Shown here: positions 18,331 to 28,700 of the stretch, one piece after another
Layout: the number at the start of each line of letters is the position of its first letter
Position numbering within the stretch: position 1 is the first letter of the stretch
IMG/VR virus record: IMGVR_UViG_3300028586_000757
Length of the DNA stretch: 41,144 nucleotides
Strand: one strand, 5' to 3'
Origin: an uncultured virus (IMG/VR IMGVR_UViG_3300028586_000757)
Lineage: Duplodnaviria; Heunggongvirae; Uroviricota; Caudoviricetes
Translations under genes and position numbers: made by a program
The notes under the pieces: model-generated
Told to the model about the DNA's origin: nothing
The model's input: only the letters and a program-made list of their open reading frames with translations
Database searches by the model: none

Positions 18331-18531
18331 TTGTATTTTTGCACTGGAGAACCATAAACAGAAAATTCTTTCGTGTATTTACATCGGCACGTGAGATATA
18401 TAATTTTCCGGGGGTTATGTTGTAAAGACTCATCATTGCAAGCATTTTATATGACTTTGTCGTGTCTTTTTAGCGTCAAAATCACAGTTTTCATACAAAA
18501 AATATCTTGAAAATATCTAAAAGCGTTCGGC

Positions 18532-18576
18532 CATTTCCATTGCCATATGGAAATGACATGATGCCTGTGCTAAAAT
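18532..18576 (+). promoter_or_regulatory. Putative operator palindrome and extended -10 promoter
   Basis: CATTTCCAT-N6-ATGGAAATG; TGcTAAAAT at 18568-18576 in an AT-rich intergenic region. Confidence 0.45.
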
Positions 18577-18796
18577 GTGTTCTCCAGTGACAGTGCTAGT
18601 TAAAGCGTGCTACGGGTGAGCATGTCAGTCTTTTAAAGACCGACAGGCACGCTCCCGCCAGGCTAAATACCTGCACTATCCTGTGAACATAATTTATTGA
18701 TTTGATATGCCCTTTAGACATTGTCGAGGAGTACCAAGTCAAGGTTGAGTACCACGAAGCTGAAGATTCGGATAAGTGGAATTCAATCGTTGTTTA

Positions 18797-18895
18797 ACTC
18801 GCAAGGGCAAACCTGTCGAAAGGCAGGGACGCAAAACCTCCGGTCTAACGGGAATGGCGAAAGCTGTTCTCCATGATAGCGGGGCTGCCGCAGGG
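18797..18895 (+). ncRNA. c-di-GMP-I (GEMM-I) riboswitch
   Basis: AGGGCAAACCTGTC-GAAA-GGCAGGGACGCAAAACCTCCGGTCTAA...ATGATAGCGGGGCTGCC: GAAA tetraloop, tetraloop receptor, and G20/A47/C92 equivalents as in the Vc2 aptamer. Confidence 0.95.
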
Positions 18896-18946
18896 GCAAT
18901 GGTGCCCCGGTGTCGGGACCTTGCATTCTTCTACCCGGAGATACAA

Positions 18947-20329
18947 GTGAACTTTCGATTCAACGCACTGGCCGCTGTCAGCATTTTCGCAACCCTGACC
19001 ATGGCTACCGGTGCCGCTCATGCAGCGCCGCACGAGCACCTGCAAGAAGTCGACCGCATGCTGGCCAAGGGCCGCGAGCACGTCAAACAAGAATTTGTCA
19101 TCGAGTTCAAAGACGGCGTGTCGCAAGCTGAAAAAGACGCAATTTTGCGCAACATGGGCGGCCGTCGGTCGGGCGTGCTGATGGCACGTCGTAACGCTCG
19201 CGGTAACGTGTCCGAGATGAACCTGGTTCGTGGCACCCGTGATATGCGTTCCATGATGACCGCGCTGAACGTCGACGACCGCGTCGCCTACGCGGAGCCG
19301 AACTGGGTCTACCACCCGCAGGCCGTTCCGTCGGACCCGTACGTCAAGCAGAACATGACCTGGAACATGTACGGTCCATCGACCTCGCCGTCGGCGCCGT
19401 ATGGTACCGGTGCCCTGGGCGCCTGGAATGCGAATCACACCTGCGGCAACACCCCGGTGTATGTCGGCGTGGTAGACGAAGGTATTCTTATTTCGCACCC
19501 GGACCTGAAGGCCAATATCTGGACGAACCCGTACGACCGTGCTAATGGCGCGGACGATGACGGTAACGGCTATGTCGACGATGTCAACGGCTACAACTTC
19601 TTCGACAACAACAACAATGTCAACGGTTCGGCTACCGAGCAGCACGGCACCCACGTTGCCGGCATCATCGGCGCCCAGGGCAACAACGCTGCAGGTATTG
19701 CGGGTATGTGCTGGAACATCAAAATCATTCCAGCCAAGTTCATGGACGCAAAAGGCGGTACTCTGGCCAACGCTATTCGCGCCATCGACTACCTGACGAA
19801 CCTGAAGCTCAAGAAAAACCTGCGTATTGTTGCAATCAACAACTCGTGGGGTGGCCCGGGCCAATCGCTGGCACTGCAGCAAGCCATCGAGCGTGCTAAC
19901 GACGCTGACATCCTGTTTGTGGCGGCCGCCGGCAACGGTGACGCCAATGGCATCGGCGTGAACAACGACGTTACTCCGACCTATCCCGCAAACTACAAGA
20001 CCGCAAACGTGATTTCGGTCGCGTCTATCGACCAGAACGGCATGCTGAGCAAATTCTCGAACTACGGCGCCACCTCTGTTCACCTGGCAGCTCCGGGCGG
20101 TAACATTCTGTCGACTATCCCGACCGCAAGCGGTGCCGGCTACGGCTACATGAGTGGCACCTCGATGGCCGCACCGCACGTGACTGCAGCAATCGCTCTG
20201 TACGCCGCGACTCACCCGCTGGCGAAGGCACCTGAAATCAAGGCTGCGATTTTGAACGGCGTACGTAAGACTGGCACCGTGTCGGGCACTACCATCACTG
20301 GCGGTATTCTGGACGTGTCGAAGTTCTAA
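18947..20329 (+). CDS. Secreted subtilisin-family (S8) serine protease with propeptide
   Basis: GTG at 18947 after GGAG; signal peptide ending AHA; VGVVDEG (Asp), HGTHVAG (His), AAAGN (oxyanion), GTSMAAPHV (Ser). Confidence 0.95.
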   Translation: MNFRFNALAAVSIFATLTMATGAAHAAPHEHLQEVDRMLAKGREHVKQEFVIEFKDGVSQAEKDAILRNMGGRRSGVLMARRNARGNVSEMNLVRGTRDMRSMMTALNVDDRVAYAEPNWVYHPQAVPSDPYVKQNMTWNMYGPSTSPSAPYGTGALGAWNANHTCGNTPVYVGVVDEGILISHPDLKANIWTNPYDRANGADDDGNGYVDDVNGYNFFDNNNNVNGSATEQHGTHVAGIIGAQGNNAAGIAGMCWNIKIIPAKFMDAKGGTLANAIRAIDYLTNLKLKKNLRIVAINNSWGGPGQSLALQQAIERANDADILFVAAAGNGDANGIGVNNDVTPTYPANYKTANVISVASIDQNGMLSKFSNYGATSVHLAAPGGNILSTIPTASGAGYGYMSGTSMAAPHVTAAIALYAATHPLAKAPEIKAAILNGVRKTGTVSGTTITGGILDVSKF

Positions 20330-20364
20330 ACGCGCTGCAGTTTCTGCTGAGAGCTAGAGTAGAG

Positions 20365-20395
20365 AAGCCCCCGCTTGCGGGGGCTTTTTCTTTTT
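20365..20395 (+). terminator. Intrinsic terminator (27 nt identical to 25580-25606)
   Basis: GCCCCCGC-TT-GCGGGGGC-TTTTTCTTT. Confidence 0.85.
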
Positions 20396-20570
20396 AGGGT
20401 AACGAGTCAGTATTTAAGCCAAGTTGTCTATACCTCGAGTGATTGCTTTACTTGCTAAATGTACTAATACGAACAATGTCCCATCCGGACGCAGCTGCTG
20501 CCGCGGCAAAAGGTGTCAAAAGCACACTACCCCGACGCTGCAGCTGGCAAAGTTACTGAACTGTGAGCCA

Positions 20571-23500
20571 ATGAATCGCTTGAAAAAACTCGTTAGCATC
20601 CTGCTCTGCTGGTCCATTGTGCTCCAGCCGGCACTCGCTGCCCAGCAGGAATACCGTATTCCGCTTCGCTCATCGAGCGCAGGCAATGGCAATCACGTTG
20701 ACCCGTCCGGAGGCTCTTCGTCGCCAATTGGGGATGGCGCAGGTGACGTCGATGTCGACACCGGTACCGAAGGGCCTGCTATTTCGTTTTCGCCAGACGC
20801 ACTCAAATTCGATGTTACGCGCGATACCGATTCTGTGCATTCGACGCTGCTAGTGAATAAGGGAGGCTCAAAAGCCAAGCTTTCGGGCTTTACATCCAAT
20901 CAAAATTTCAAGGTCAGCAGCTCTTGTCCAGCAAGTCTGCCGGCAGGGGACTCCTGCTCCGTGGTGGTTACTCGAGCGCCGTACGCAGAAAGCGGTGCTA
21001 AATACGACCTGAATGTGTTGGCCCCCGGCGCGGCCAAGCCCGCTGCACTACACCTGTCGACCTACACCCCAGGCGAGGGAGCTACTATCCTGGGCGTCGA
21101 CCGAGGCATCGTGGACCTTGGGGAAGTGGACCCAGGCGTCGCCACGTCCGGTAGCGCCATTCTCACCAACCTTGGTACATCGACAGTCAACTTGCGCGGC
21201 ATCGGGTCTTCCGGCCCATTCAACATTACGTCGAATTGCCCAGACAACCTGGCCCCGGGCGCAAGCTGCAATATCTCGGCGACCTTCGTGAGCTTTGTCG
21301 GTGGCGTTCAGACTTATGAGATGCGGCTCAAGGGCAGTGCGGTAGAAGATGGCTTGCCACTGACGTTCCGTGCAAAAGTATTTGCTAACCCGGTTATCTC
21401 GCCAGCGTTGGCCTTCAGCACTGACGTGCTGACTTTCGATAATGTGCCTGTTGGTCTGTCCGCACCAAAATCGGTAACGTTGAGCAATCCGGGCTCGGCG
21501 CCCGCCTATCTAAATCTTGCTAAGTTCGCATCTACCCCCGATTTCAGCATTCAGCACGATTGCCCGGATATCTTGGCTGCGAAAGCGTTCTGCACATTTA
21601 ACGTTTCCTACAAAGTTACGCAAAAAGGTGTCTCGGCGGCGTACACCCTGGCGGCAGAAGCGCAAAACGACATGTCGGCCATGGTCATGCTGCAGGGCCA
21701 CGGTGAGCGAGGCGAACCTGGCAATACGAGTTCCGCAATTAGTGCGACTCCGGCACTTTTACAGTTCGGAGATGTCCTTGTTGGTCAGACTGTGCAACTC
21801 ACCAGCAAAATTACCAACGACAGTACTTCTACTGTTACCGTTAACAACGCAGAAGTGACCGCTGAGCACGGTGGATTCACTCAATCCAACGACTGTTCGG
21901 CACCGTTGCTGCCTAATGCGTTCTGCACCGTCACGATTACCTTTAAGCCGACACTCACGAAAACAATAGGTGGAGGACTGTACCTAGGCAGCACGGGTGG
22001 CGCCGCGTCGATTGGTTTCACCGGCACAGGGCGCGCGGCTGTTATGGCGCTTTCGCGAGAAGCGCTTGATTACGGCCTCGTGACGGCTGCCGGACCGCTG
22101 CAAGCGCTCGGACTTAGTGTGGGCAATAAAGGCAATCTGGACTTGACGGGGTTCTCTGTTGTCAATACCGACCCTCGCCTAATGGTGGACGCCAGTCGCT
22201 GCAGTTCGACCCTCGTGCCGCTGGCTTCCTGCACGATGGCAGTTCAGTACTACCCGGCTAGCGACGGTCCGTTCAAAACGAGTTTCCAGCTGAAATCGAA
22301 CAATGGAGGTATCCGTACTGTCGAGGTAAGCGGGACTATCGTTCGCCTGGCGGTTTCTCCTACCAGCATCGACTATCAGGGGCAGCAAGCGAATTCGTAT
22401 TCCGACCGGGACATTACGGTCGTCAACGAAGGCCAGCGTGAGGTGGTGCTTGATGGCATTGGTCTCGTTACGGAAACCGGCGGATTCTCTCAGTCGAACA
22501 ACTGCGGCAATGTCCTCAAAGCCGGCGCTTCCTGCACGATTGTTTCCAGGTTTGGCCCTGGCGGCGAGAACAGCTACTCTGCGGCCATCGTATTGAGCGT
22601 CGCACAGAGCACGGCGGCAGTCATTTACCTCAAAGGTGAGGGGGCTCCTTCCAAATTGGCGCTCAGCTCGAATTACCTGCGGTTCTCAGAGACTAACGTA
22701 GGGAAAACCAGCCCTGCACTTAGTGTCATCGTGACGAATCCGACTGACACGCGTATCTCGTTTACCGGCATCAGTGTGGTAACCAACCCAAAAGAGTTTG
22801 GACAGTCCAACAACTGCGACGAAGGACTGGACGCAGGTGCAAGCTGCACGATTACCGCCCAGTGGACTCCGGTAACCCTCTCAGGACCGGACGGCATGAT
22901 TGGTATCGCGACCTCGAGTGGCGGCTATGCTGTCAACATGTCCGGGATGGTGACGGAGCCAGTGCCAGTCATTGAACCGCCCACTGGTGGGGAGCAACTT
23001 CCGCCTCCAGTGATTACCCCTGATAAGGTGACACACTTCAGTATCAAGTTCCTTGATACTGAAGTCGACGCCTACAGCGCTGTTCGCAGCATCAAATTCA
23101 GCAACAAAGGCACAGGTCCGCTGACTGTGCAAGGCGTTTCCATCGCAACGGGCGCAGGTGACTTCAACCAGTCCAATGACTGTGCAGAGCCCATTATGCC
23201 TGGCGGTTACTGCACCATTTCGATGGTATTCCGTCCGTCGCAAAGCGGTACTCGAACTGGCAGTGCTGTAATTGTCAGCGATTTTGGAACGTATTCTTTC
23301 GACCTGACCGGTAATGGCCTGGGTCCACTCGTTCAGCTTTATGCAGAATCTTCATCCGACTATGGCCAGGTGCTGGTGGGAAGCACGAATCTGCGTAAGT
23401 TCATCTTCCAAAACACAAGTGCTACTCCGGCAAACAAGGTTCAGGCAACCCTGACAGCTAACGCAGCTACGCTTGTGGAAAATACCTGTGGCACTGTAGC

Positions 23501-25556
23501 CGCCCCTGTGTCTGTCGCAGGTGGGGCCACTTGCTCCATGACGGTTAAGTATGCGCCGACGGCACGTGGTGCCTTGGAAGCCGAGCTGGCCGTTGCGTCG
23601 GAGGCGTCTAACGGTGTGCAAAAGCTTGTACTATCGGGCTACGCTTCCCAATCCGAAGGGCAGTTGACTGCAAACACTTCCACGGATTTCGGTGAAGTTG
23701 CAGTGGGAACCACGTCCACCTTGAAGTTCACCCTCACTAATACAGGCGACTTCAACATGATGGACATCCGCGCATCGGTAACGGGCACGGGCATGAGCAT
23801 CATCAGCAACGGTTGCGGCACCATCGACTCGCTGGGCACCATGGGGCCTGGAAAGATTTGTTCGGTAACCGTTCAATTCGCGCCGAAAGTGATAGGGGCA
23901 GCGCCGGGCAAGCTTTCCATTACCTCGAGCGCAGCTAACGGTGTCTCCGAGTTGCAATTGTCGGCTACGGGTGCTGCAGTTACCAGTAAATACGCACTTC
24001 TCTTTAACGGTGCGAACGGCTCTACAACTATCTCGGATACCGGAACGGGTTCGGCATGGTACTCGTACAATGGTGCATCCCAGACTACCCAGTTCTACCG
24101 CGAAGGCACGGCGTCGTTGAATCTCAATGGCGTCAATCAAGCCGTGTTTGGCCCATCCATCGACTTCACGGAGGATTTCGCAGCTAGCGCATGGGTCCGT
24201 CCCGCTGCGCTTAGTGGCGGCCTCATGACTATCGTCGGTAAATGGAACCAGGCAGGAGGCCTGGGCGGTTGGCTCTTGAATACGGATGGGTCGGGCGCGT
24301 TGCAATTCTATTGGGCACCGTTCTCCGTAATCGGGCCGATGCTGTCAGTACCGAACGTCATTAAAACGAACACGTGGACCCACGTGGCAATGACTCGCCA
24401 AGGCAGCAGCTTCAGCTTGTACGTGAATGGTACTAAAGTCGCTACGACTACGAATGCGGGCAATCTTTCGAGTCTAGATGTCCCCGTGTCTGTAGGCAGC
24501 TACTATACCGGCGCCGGTACACTAGGTGCGAACACCTTCTTCAATGGCAAAATTGATGAAGTACGTATCACGACGGGCAATGGTGCTGCAAACTTCACTG
24601 TGCCAGCACAGACTCTTTCGGCTACAGGCACCGATTTCGACATGGTTAGTACGGACAGCGTAACCGTCCGAAATGTCGTGGTGCGAAATGGCACAGTTGG
24701 GCCGGTAACGCTCGACACGGTGGCTGCTTCCGGCGATTACACCGTCACAGACGCATCGTCCTGCACGTCGAAAACCCTTGCAGCTGGGGCGACCTGTACC
24801 GTATCAGTCAAGCTTACCCCTACAGCGGAGGGTGCCCGTCCAGGCAACCTGACGCTCACGTTTGATGCGCACGGCTCCCAGGTCATCAATCTGACGGCTA
24901 CAGCACGCGTTATCGACGCGAACATCAACAACGTTGTGCTGCTGATGCATATGGACGGAAACTTGGCAGATGTTCGCGGGCACGTTGCAACGGGCACGGG
25001 CCTGACGTTTGCCGCATCCCCGCTCGGAGGCCAAGCGGCGGTGCATAAAGGCAATTCCTCGCATATTTCGATTCCGAACTCCTCGGAGTTCGACTTTGGT
25101 ATGGGTGACTTTACCATCGAAGTGTCGGCTGCGGTTACGTCAACGTATGGGGCCATCATCGGCCGTCACACTTGGCCAGGCAGCTTCAACGCCGGTTCCG
25201 ATTTTCTGCTCTATGGTCAGTCCAATGGCATGTTATGGTTTTTCGCGAACACTTCTACCGGAACGGTGCTGCTACAGGACATGATGCCGACGCCGACCGA
25301 TGGGAAGTTCCACCACTATGCAATTGTTCGTTCCGGCAGCAGCTTCACGGTGTATGTCGACGGAGTAGCAAAGGGGTCAGCATCAAACACCGGTGCGCTC
25401 AGCTTCACGCCAGGTCTGCCAATTATGACGAATGTCTGGCAGGGCGACGCTGGCAGTGGCTTCAACGGGCAGTTTGATGAACTGCGAATTACGAAGGGAA
25501 TCGCACGATATAAGCAGAATTTCGTGCCACCCACCAGGGCATATCCGGACCAGTAA
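20571..25556 (+). CDS. Giant secreted adhesin-like protein A: 10 Ig-like (choice-of-anchor D/ASH-type) modules, LamG, 1 module, LamG
   Basis: ATG at 20571 gives a Sec signal (MNRLKK..ALA); 11 repeats of N.G...F...C...L..G..C...V.F.P; LamG motifs WTHVA.TR....LYVNG..G.IDE.RI. Confidence 0.9.
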   Translation: MNRLKKLVSILLCWSIVLQPALAAQQEYRIPLRSSSAGNGNHVDPSGGSSSPIGDGAGDVDVDTGTEGPAISFSPDALKFDVTRDTDSVHSTLLVNKGGSKAKLSGFTSNQNFKVSSSCPASLPAGDSCSVVVTRAPYAESGAKYDLNVLAPGAAKPAALHLSTYTPGEGATILGVDRGIVDLGEVDPGVATSGSAILTNLGTSTVNLRGIGSSGPFNITSNCPDNLAPGASCNISATFVSFVGGVQTYEMRLKGSAVEDGLPLTFRAKVFANPVISPALAFSTDVLTFDNVPVGLSAPKSVTLSNPGSAPAYLNLAKFASTPDFSIQHDCPDILAAKAFCTFNVSYKVTQKGVSAAYTLAAEAQNDMSAMVMLQGHGERGEPGNTSSAISATPALLQFGDVLVGQTVQLTSKITNDSTSTVTVNNAEVTAEHGGFTQSNDCSAPLLPNAFCTVTITFKPTLTKTIGGGLYLGSTGGAASIGFTGTGRAAVMALSREALDYGLVTAAGPLQALGLSVGNKGNLDLTGFSVVNTDPRLMVDASRCSSTLVPLASCTMAVQYYPASDGPFKTSFQLKSNNGGIRTVEVSGTIVRLAVSPTSIDYQGQQANSYSDRDITVVNEGQREVVLDGIGLVTETGGFSQSNNCGNVLKAGASCTIVSRFGPGGENSYSAAIVLSVAQSTAAVIYLKGEGAPSKLALSSNYLRFSETNVGKTSPALSVIVTNPTDTRISFTGISVVTNPKEFGQSNNCDEGLDAGASCTITAQWTPVTLSGPDGMIGIATSSGGYAVNMSGMVTEPVPVIEPPTGGEQLPPPVITPDKVTHFSIKFLDTEVDAYSAVRSIKFSNKGTGPLTVQGVSIATGAGDFNQSNDCAEPIMPGGYCTISMVFRPSQSGTRTGSAVIVSDFGTYSFDLTGNGLGPLVQLYAESSSDYGQVLVGSTNLRKFIFQNTSATPANKVQATLTANAATLVENTCGTVAAPVSVAGGATCSMTVKYAPTARGALEAELAVASEASNGVQKLVLSGYASQSEGQLTANTSTDFGEVAVGTTSTLKFTLTNTGDFNMMDIRASVTGTGMSIISNGCGTIDSLGTMGPGKICSVTVQFAPKVIGAAPGKLSITSSAANGVSELQLSATGAAVTSKYALLFNGANGSTTISDTGTGSAWYSYNGASQTTQFYREGTASLNLNGVNQAVFGPSIDFTEDFAASAWVRPAALSGGLMTIVGKWNQAGGLGGWLLNTDGSGALQFYWAPFSVIGPMLSVPNVIKTNTWTHVAMTRQGSSFSLYVNGTKVATTTNAGNLSSLDVPVSVGSYYTGAGTLGANTFFNGKIDEVRITTGNGAANFTVPAQTLSATGTDFDMVSTDSVTVRNVVVRNGTVGPVTLDTVAASGDYTVTDASSCTSKTLAAGATCTVSVKLTPTAEGARPGNLTLTFDAHGSQVINLTATARVIDANINNVVLLMHMDGNLADVRGHVATGTGLTFAASPLGGQAAVHKGNSSHISIPNSSEFDFGMGDFTIEVSAAVTSTYGAIIGRHTWPGSFNAGSDFLLYGQSNGMLWFFANTSTGTVLLQDMMPTPTDGKFHHYAIVRSGSSFTVYVDGVAKGSASNTGALSFTPGLPIMTNVWQGDAGSGFNGQFDELRITKGIARYKQNFVPPTRAYPDQ

Positions 25557-25788
25557 TCACGGCCGGCTAGTGCCCGAGTGCCCCCGCTTGCGGGGGCTTT
25601 TTCTTTATAGGGTCACGATTTAGGTGGTTTAAGACAAGTTTCCTATAAATATTCTATAGGCGTTTTACTTGCTAAACGCACTAATACAAACAATGTCCCA
25701 TCCGGACCCGGGTGCCGCCGCGGAAAATGATGTCAAAAGCATACATTCTCCAACGCTATTGCTGGCAAAGTTACTGAACTGTGAACCA

Positions 25789-28700
25789 ATGAATCGCTTT
25801 AAAAAACTTATTAGTACCCTGCTTTGCTGGTCCATCGTGCTCCAGCCCGCAATCGCGGTTGAGCAGCAGTACCGCATCCCACTTCGGTCCTTGTCGACCG
25901 GCACGGGCAACCACGTCGACCCCTCTGGGGGCTCCTCTAGCCCTGTCGGGGATGGTGCAGGCGACGTAGATGTCGACGCGGGAGCCTCTCCGCCCGCAAT
26001 TTCTTTCAAACCAGAAAGCATTCGGTTTGATGTCACACGTGACACCGATTCCGTTCATTCAACGCTTTTAATGAATGACGGAGAGTCGCGGGCGAAACTA
26101 TCCAAATTCACCTCGAACCAAAACTTTAAAGTCAGCAGCTCCTGTCCCGCGATTCTGCCGGCAGGGGACGCCTGCACGGTGGTTGTCACCCGCGCGCCAT
26201 ATGCGGAGAGCGGCGCCAAGTTCGACATGAATGTGCTGGCTCCCGGCGCGGCCAAACCCGCTGTACTGCATCTGTCGACCTACACCCCAGGCGAGGGAGC
26301 TACTGTACTGGGAGTCGACCAAGACATCGTGGACCTTGGGGAAGTTGACCCCGGCGTTGCCACGTCCGGTAGCGCCGTTCTCACCAACCTTGGTACATCG
26401 ACAGTCAACTTGCGTGGCATCGGGTCTTCCGGCCCATTCAACATTACGTCGGATTGCCCTGACAACCTGGCCCCGGGCGCAAGCTGTAACATCGCCGCGA
26501 TGTTTGTCAGCTATGAAGGTGGCGTTCAGGCTTACCAGATGAGACTCAAAGGCGCCGCGGACGAGGAAGGTGTGCCGCTGACGTTCCGCGCAAAAGTCTT
26601 TGTCAACCCGGCTATCGCGCCGGCACTCGCCTTTGGCACTGAGGCGCTAGCGTTCGAGAAGGTGCCTGTTGGCCAGTCCTCCCCGAAGTCGACCACCCTG
26701 AGCAATGGTGGCACGGCACCGGCTTACCTGAACCTCGCTAAGTTTGCATCGACGCCCGACTTCGATATTCAGCACAATTGCCCAGACGTTCTTGCCGCAA
26801 AATCGTTCTGCACGTTCAATGTCTCGTTCAAAGTCGCACAGCCCGGCGCCTCCGCCTCATATATCTTGAAGGCTGAAGCACAGAATGACATGTCTGCCAT
26901 GCTCCTGCTCCAGGGCCGGGGTGAGCCGGGCATTCCAGGTGACATGAGCTCGGCACTCACGGCCGAGCCTTCTTTGCTGCAGTTCGGAGACGTACTTGTA
27001 GGACAGCGCGTTCAACTCACCAGCAAAGTCACCAATATCAGTACGGCACCTGTCACCGTTAATAGTGCTGAGATTACCGCTGACTACGGCGGATTCGTTC
27101 AATCCAACGATTGCTCCGCACCTTTGCAACCAGGTGCTTTCTGCCACGTGACGATTACCTTCAACCCAACGCTGACGAAAAGCATCGGCGGCGGGCTGCA
27201 ATTGGGTAGCACTGGGGGTGGAGTTGGAATCGGCTTCACTGGGACAGGGCGCGCCGCTGTGATGCAGCTTTCGCGCGACGGACTCGACTATGGCCTCGTG
27301 ACGGCCGCAGGCCCGCTGAGCGCGCTCGGCCTGAGCGTGACCAACACAGGCAACATGGCGTTGACAGGGTTCTCCGTCATCAATACCGACCCCCGGTTGA
27401 CTGTTGATGCGAGCCGCTGCGATTCGAGCATCACGCCGCTGGCCTCCTGCGAGCTGGCAGTCCAATATTCGCCGGCCAGTGATGGTCCGTTCAAGACCAG
27501 CTTCCAATTAAAGTCGGACAATGGTGGTATTCGCACTGTCGAAGTGAGCGGAACTATTGTCCGTCTAGTGGTTTCTCCTACCAGCATTGACTACCAGGAA
27601 CAGCAAGCCGGCTCCTATTCCGACAGGGATATTACTGTTGTCAACGAAGGTCAGCGTGACGTTGCACTTGACGGTATCAGCCTTGTTACCCTGACTGGCG
27701 GCTTCTCTCAGTCGAATAACTGCGGCAGTGTAATCAAAGCCGGCGCTTCGTGCACGATTGTTGCCAGGTTTGGCCCCGGCGGCGAAAGCAGCTACTCTGC
27801 AACCCTCGTATTGAGCGTTGCAAACAGCGCGGCAGGTGCTGTCTACCTGAAAGGCGAGGGTGCACCATCCAAGCTGGAGTTCAGTGCTGACTATCTGCGG
27901 TTCCCTGAGACCAACGTGGGCAAGACCAGTCCTGCGCTTAGCGTCATCGTGACGAATCCGACTGACGCGCGTATCTCGTTTACCGGTGTCAGTGTGGTGA
28001 CCAACCCCAAAGAGTTTGGCCAGTCCAACAACTGCGACCAGGGCCTGGACGCTGGTGCAAGCTGCACGATTACCGCTCAATGGACTCCCGCCAACACTAT
28101 GGGGGAGGACGGCATGATTGGTATCGCCAGCTCGAGCGGCACCTATGCTATCAAGATGTCTGGCATGGTGACTGAGCCGGTGCCCGTCATTGAGTCGCCC
28201 GCTGGCGGTGAGCAACTTCCGCCTCCAGTAATTACTCCGGATGCCGTGACGCACTTCAGCATCAAGTTCCTTGACACCGAAGTCGATGCCTACAGCGCCG
28301 TTCGCAATATCAAGTTCAGCAACAAAGGCACGGGCCCGCTGACGGTACAAGGCGTATCCATCGCAACTGGCGCTGGCGACTTCAACCAGTCCAACGACTG
28401 CGCAGAGCCCATCGTGCCTGGCGGCTATTGCACCATTTCGATGGTATTCCGTCCGTCGCAAAGCGGTACACGAACGGGTAGTGCTGTAATTGTCAGCGAC
28501 TTTGGAACGTATTCTTTCGACCTTTCGGGTAAGGGTCTGGGCCCGCTCGTCCAGCTTTATGCAGAATCCTCGTCCGACTACGGCCAGGTGCTGGTGGGAA
28601 GCACGAATCTGCGTAAGTTCATCTTCCAGAACACAAGCGCTACTCCGGCAAACAAGGTTCAGGCAACCCTGACGGCTAACGCAGCTACGCTTGTGGAAAA

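Noticed and set aside
18797..18895. 3',3'-cGAMP-sensing GEMM-Ib variant
   Set aside because: The G20-equivalent position is G (AGGGCAAACC), which fits c-di-GMP specificity.
18776..18946. N-terminal extensions in the ORF track (18776, 20424, 25669, 37250, 39327, 4152, 9386, 9810 and others)
   Set aside because: They run through the riboswitch or promoter motifs; downstream starts give proper RBSs or signal peptides.
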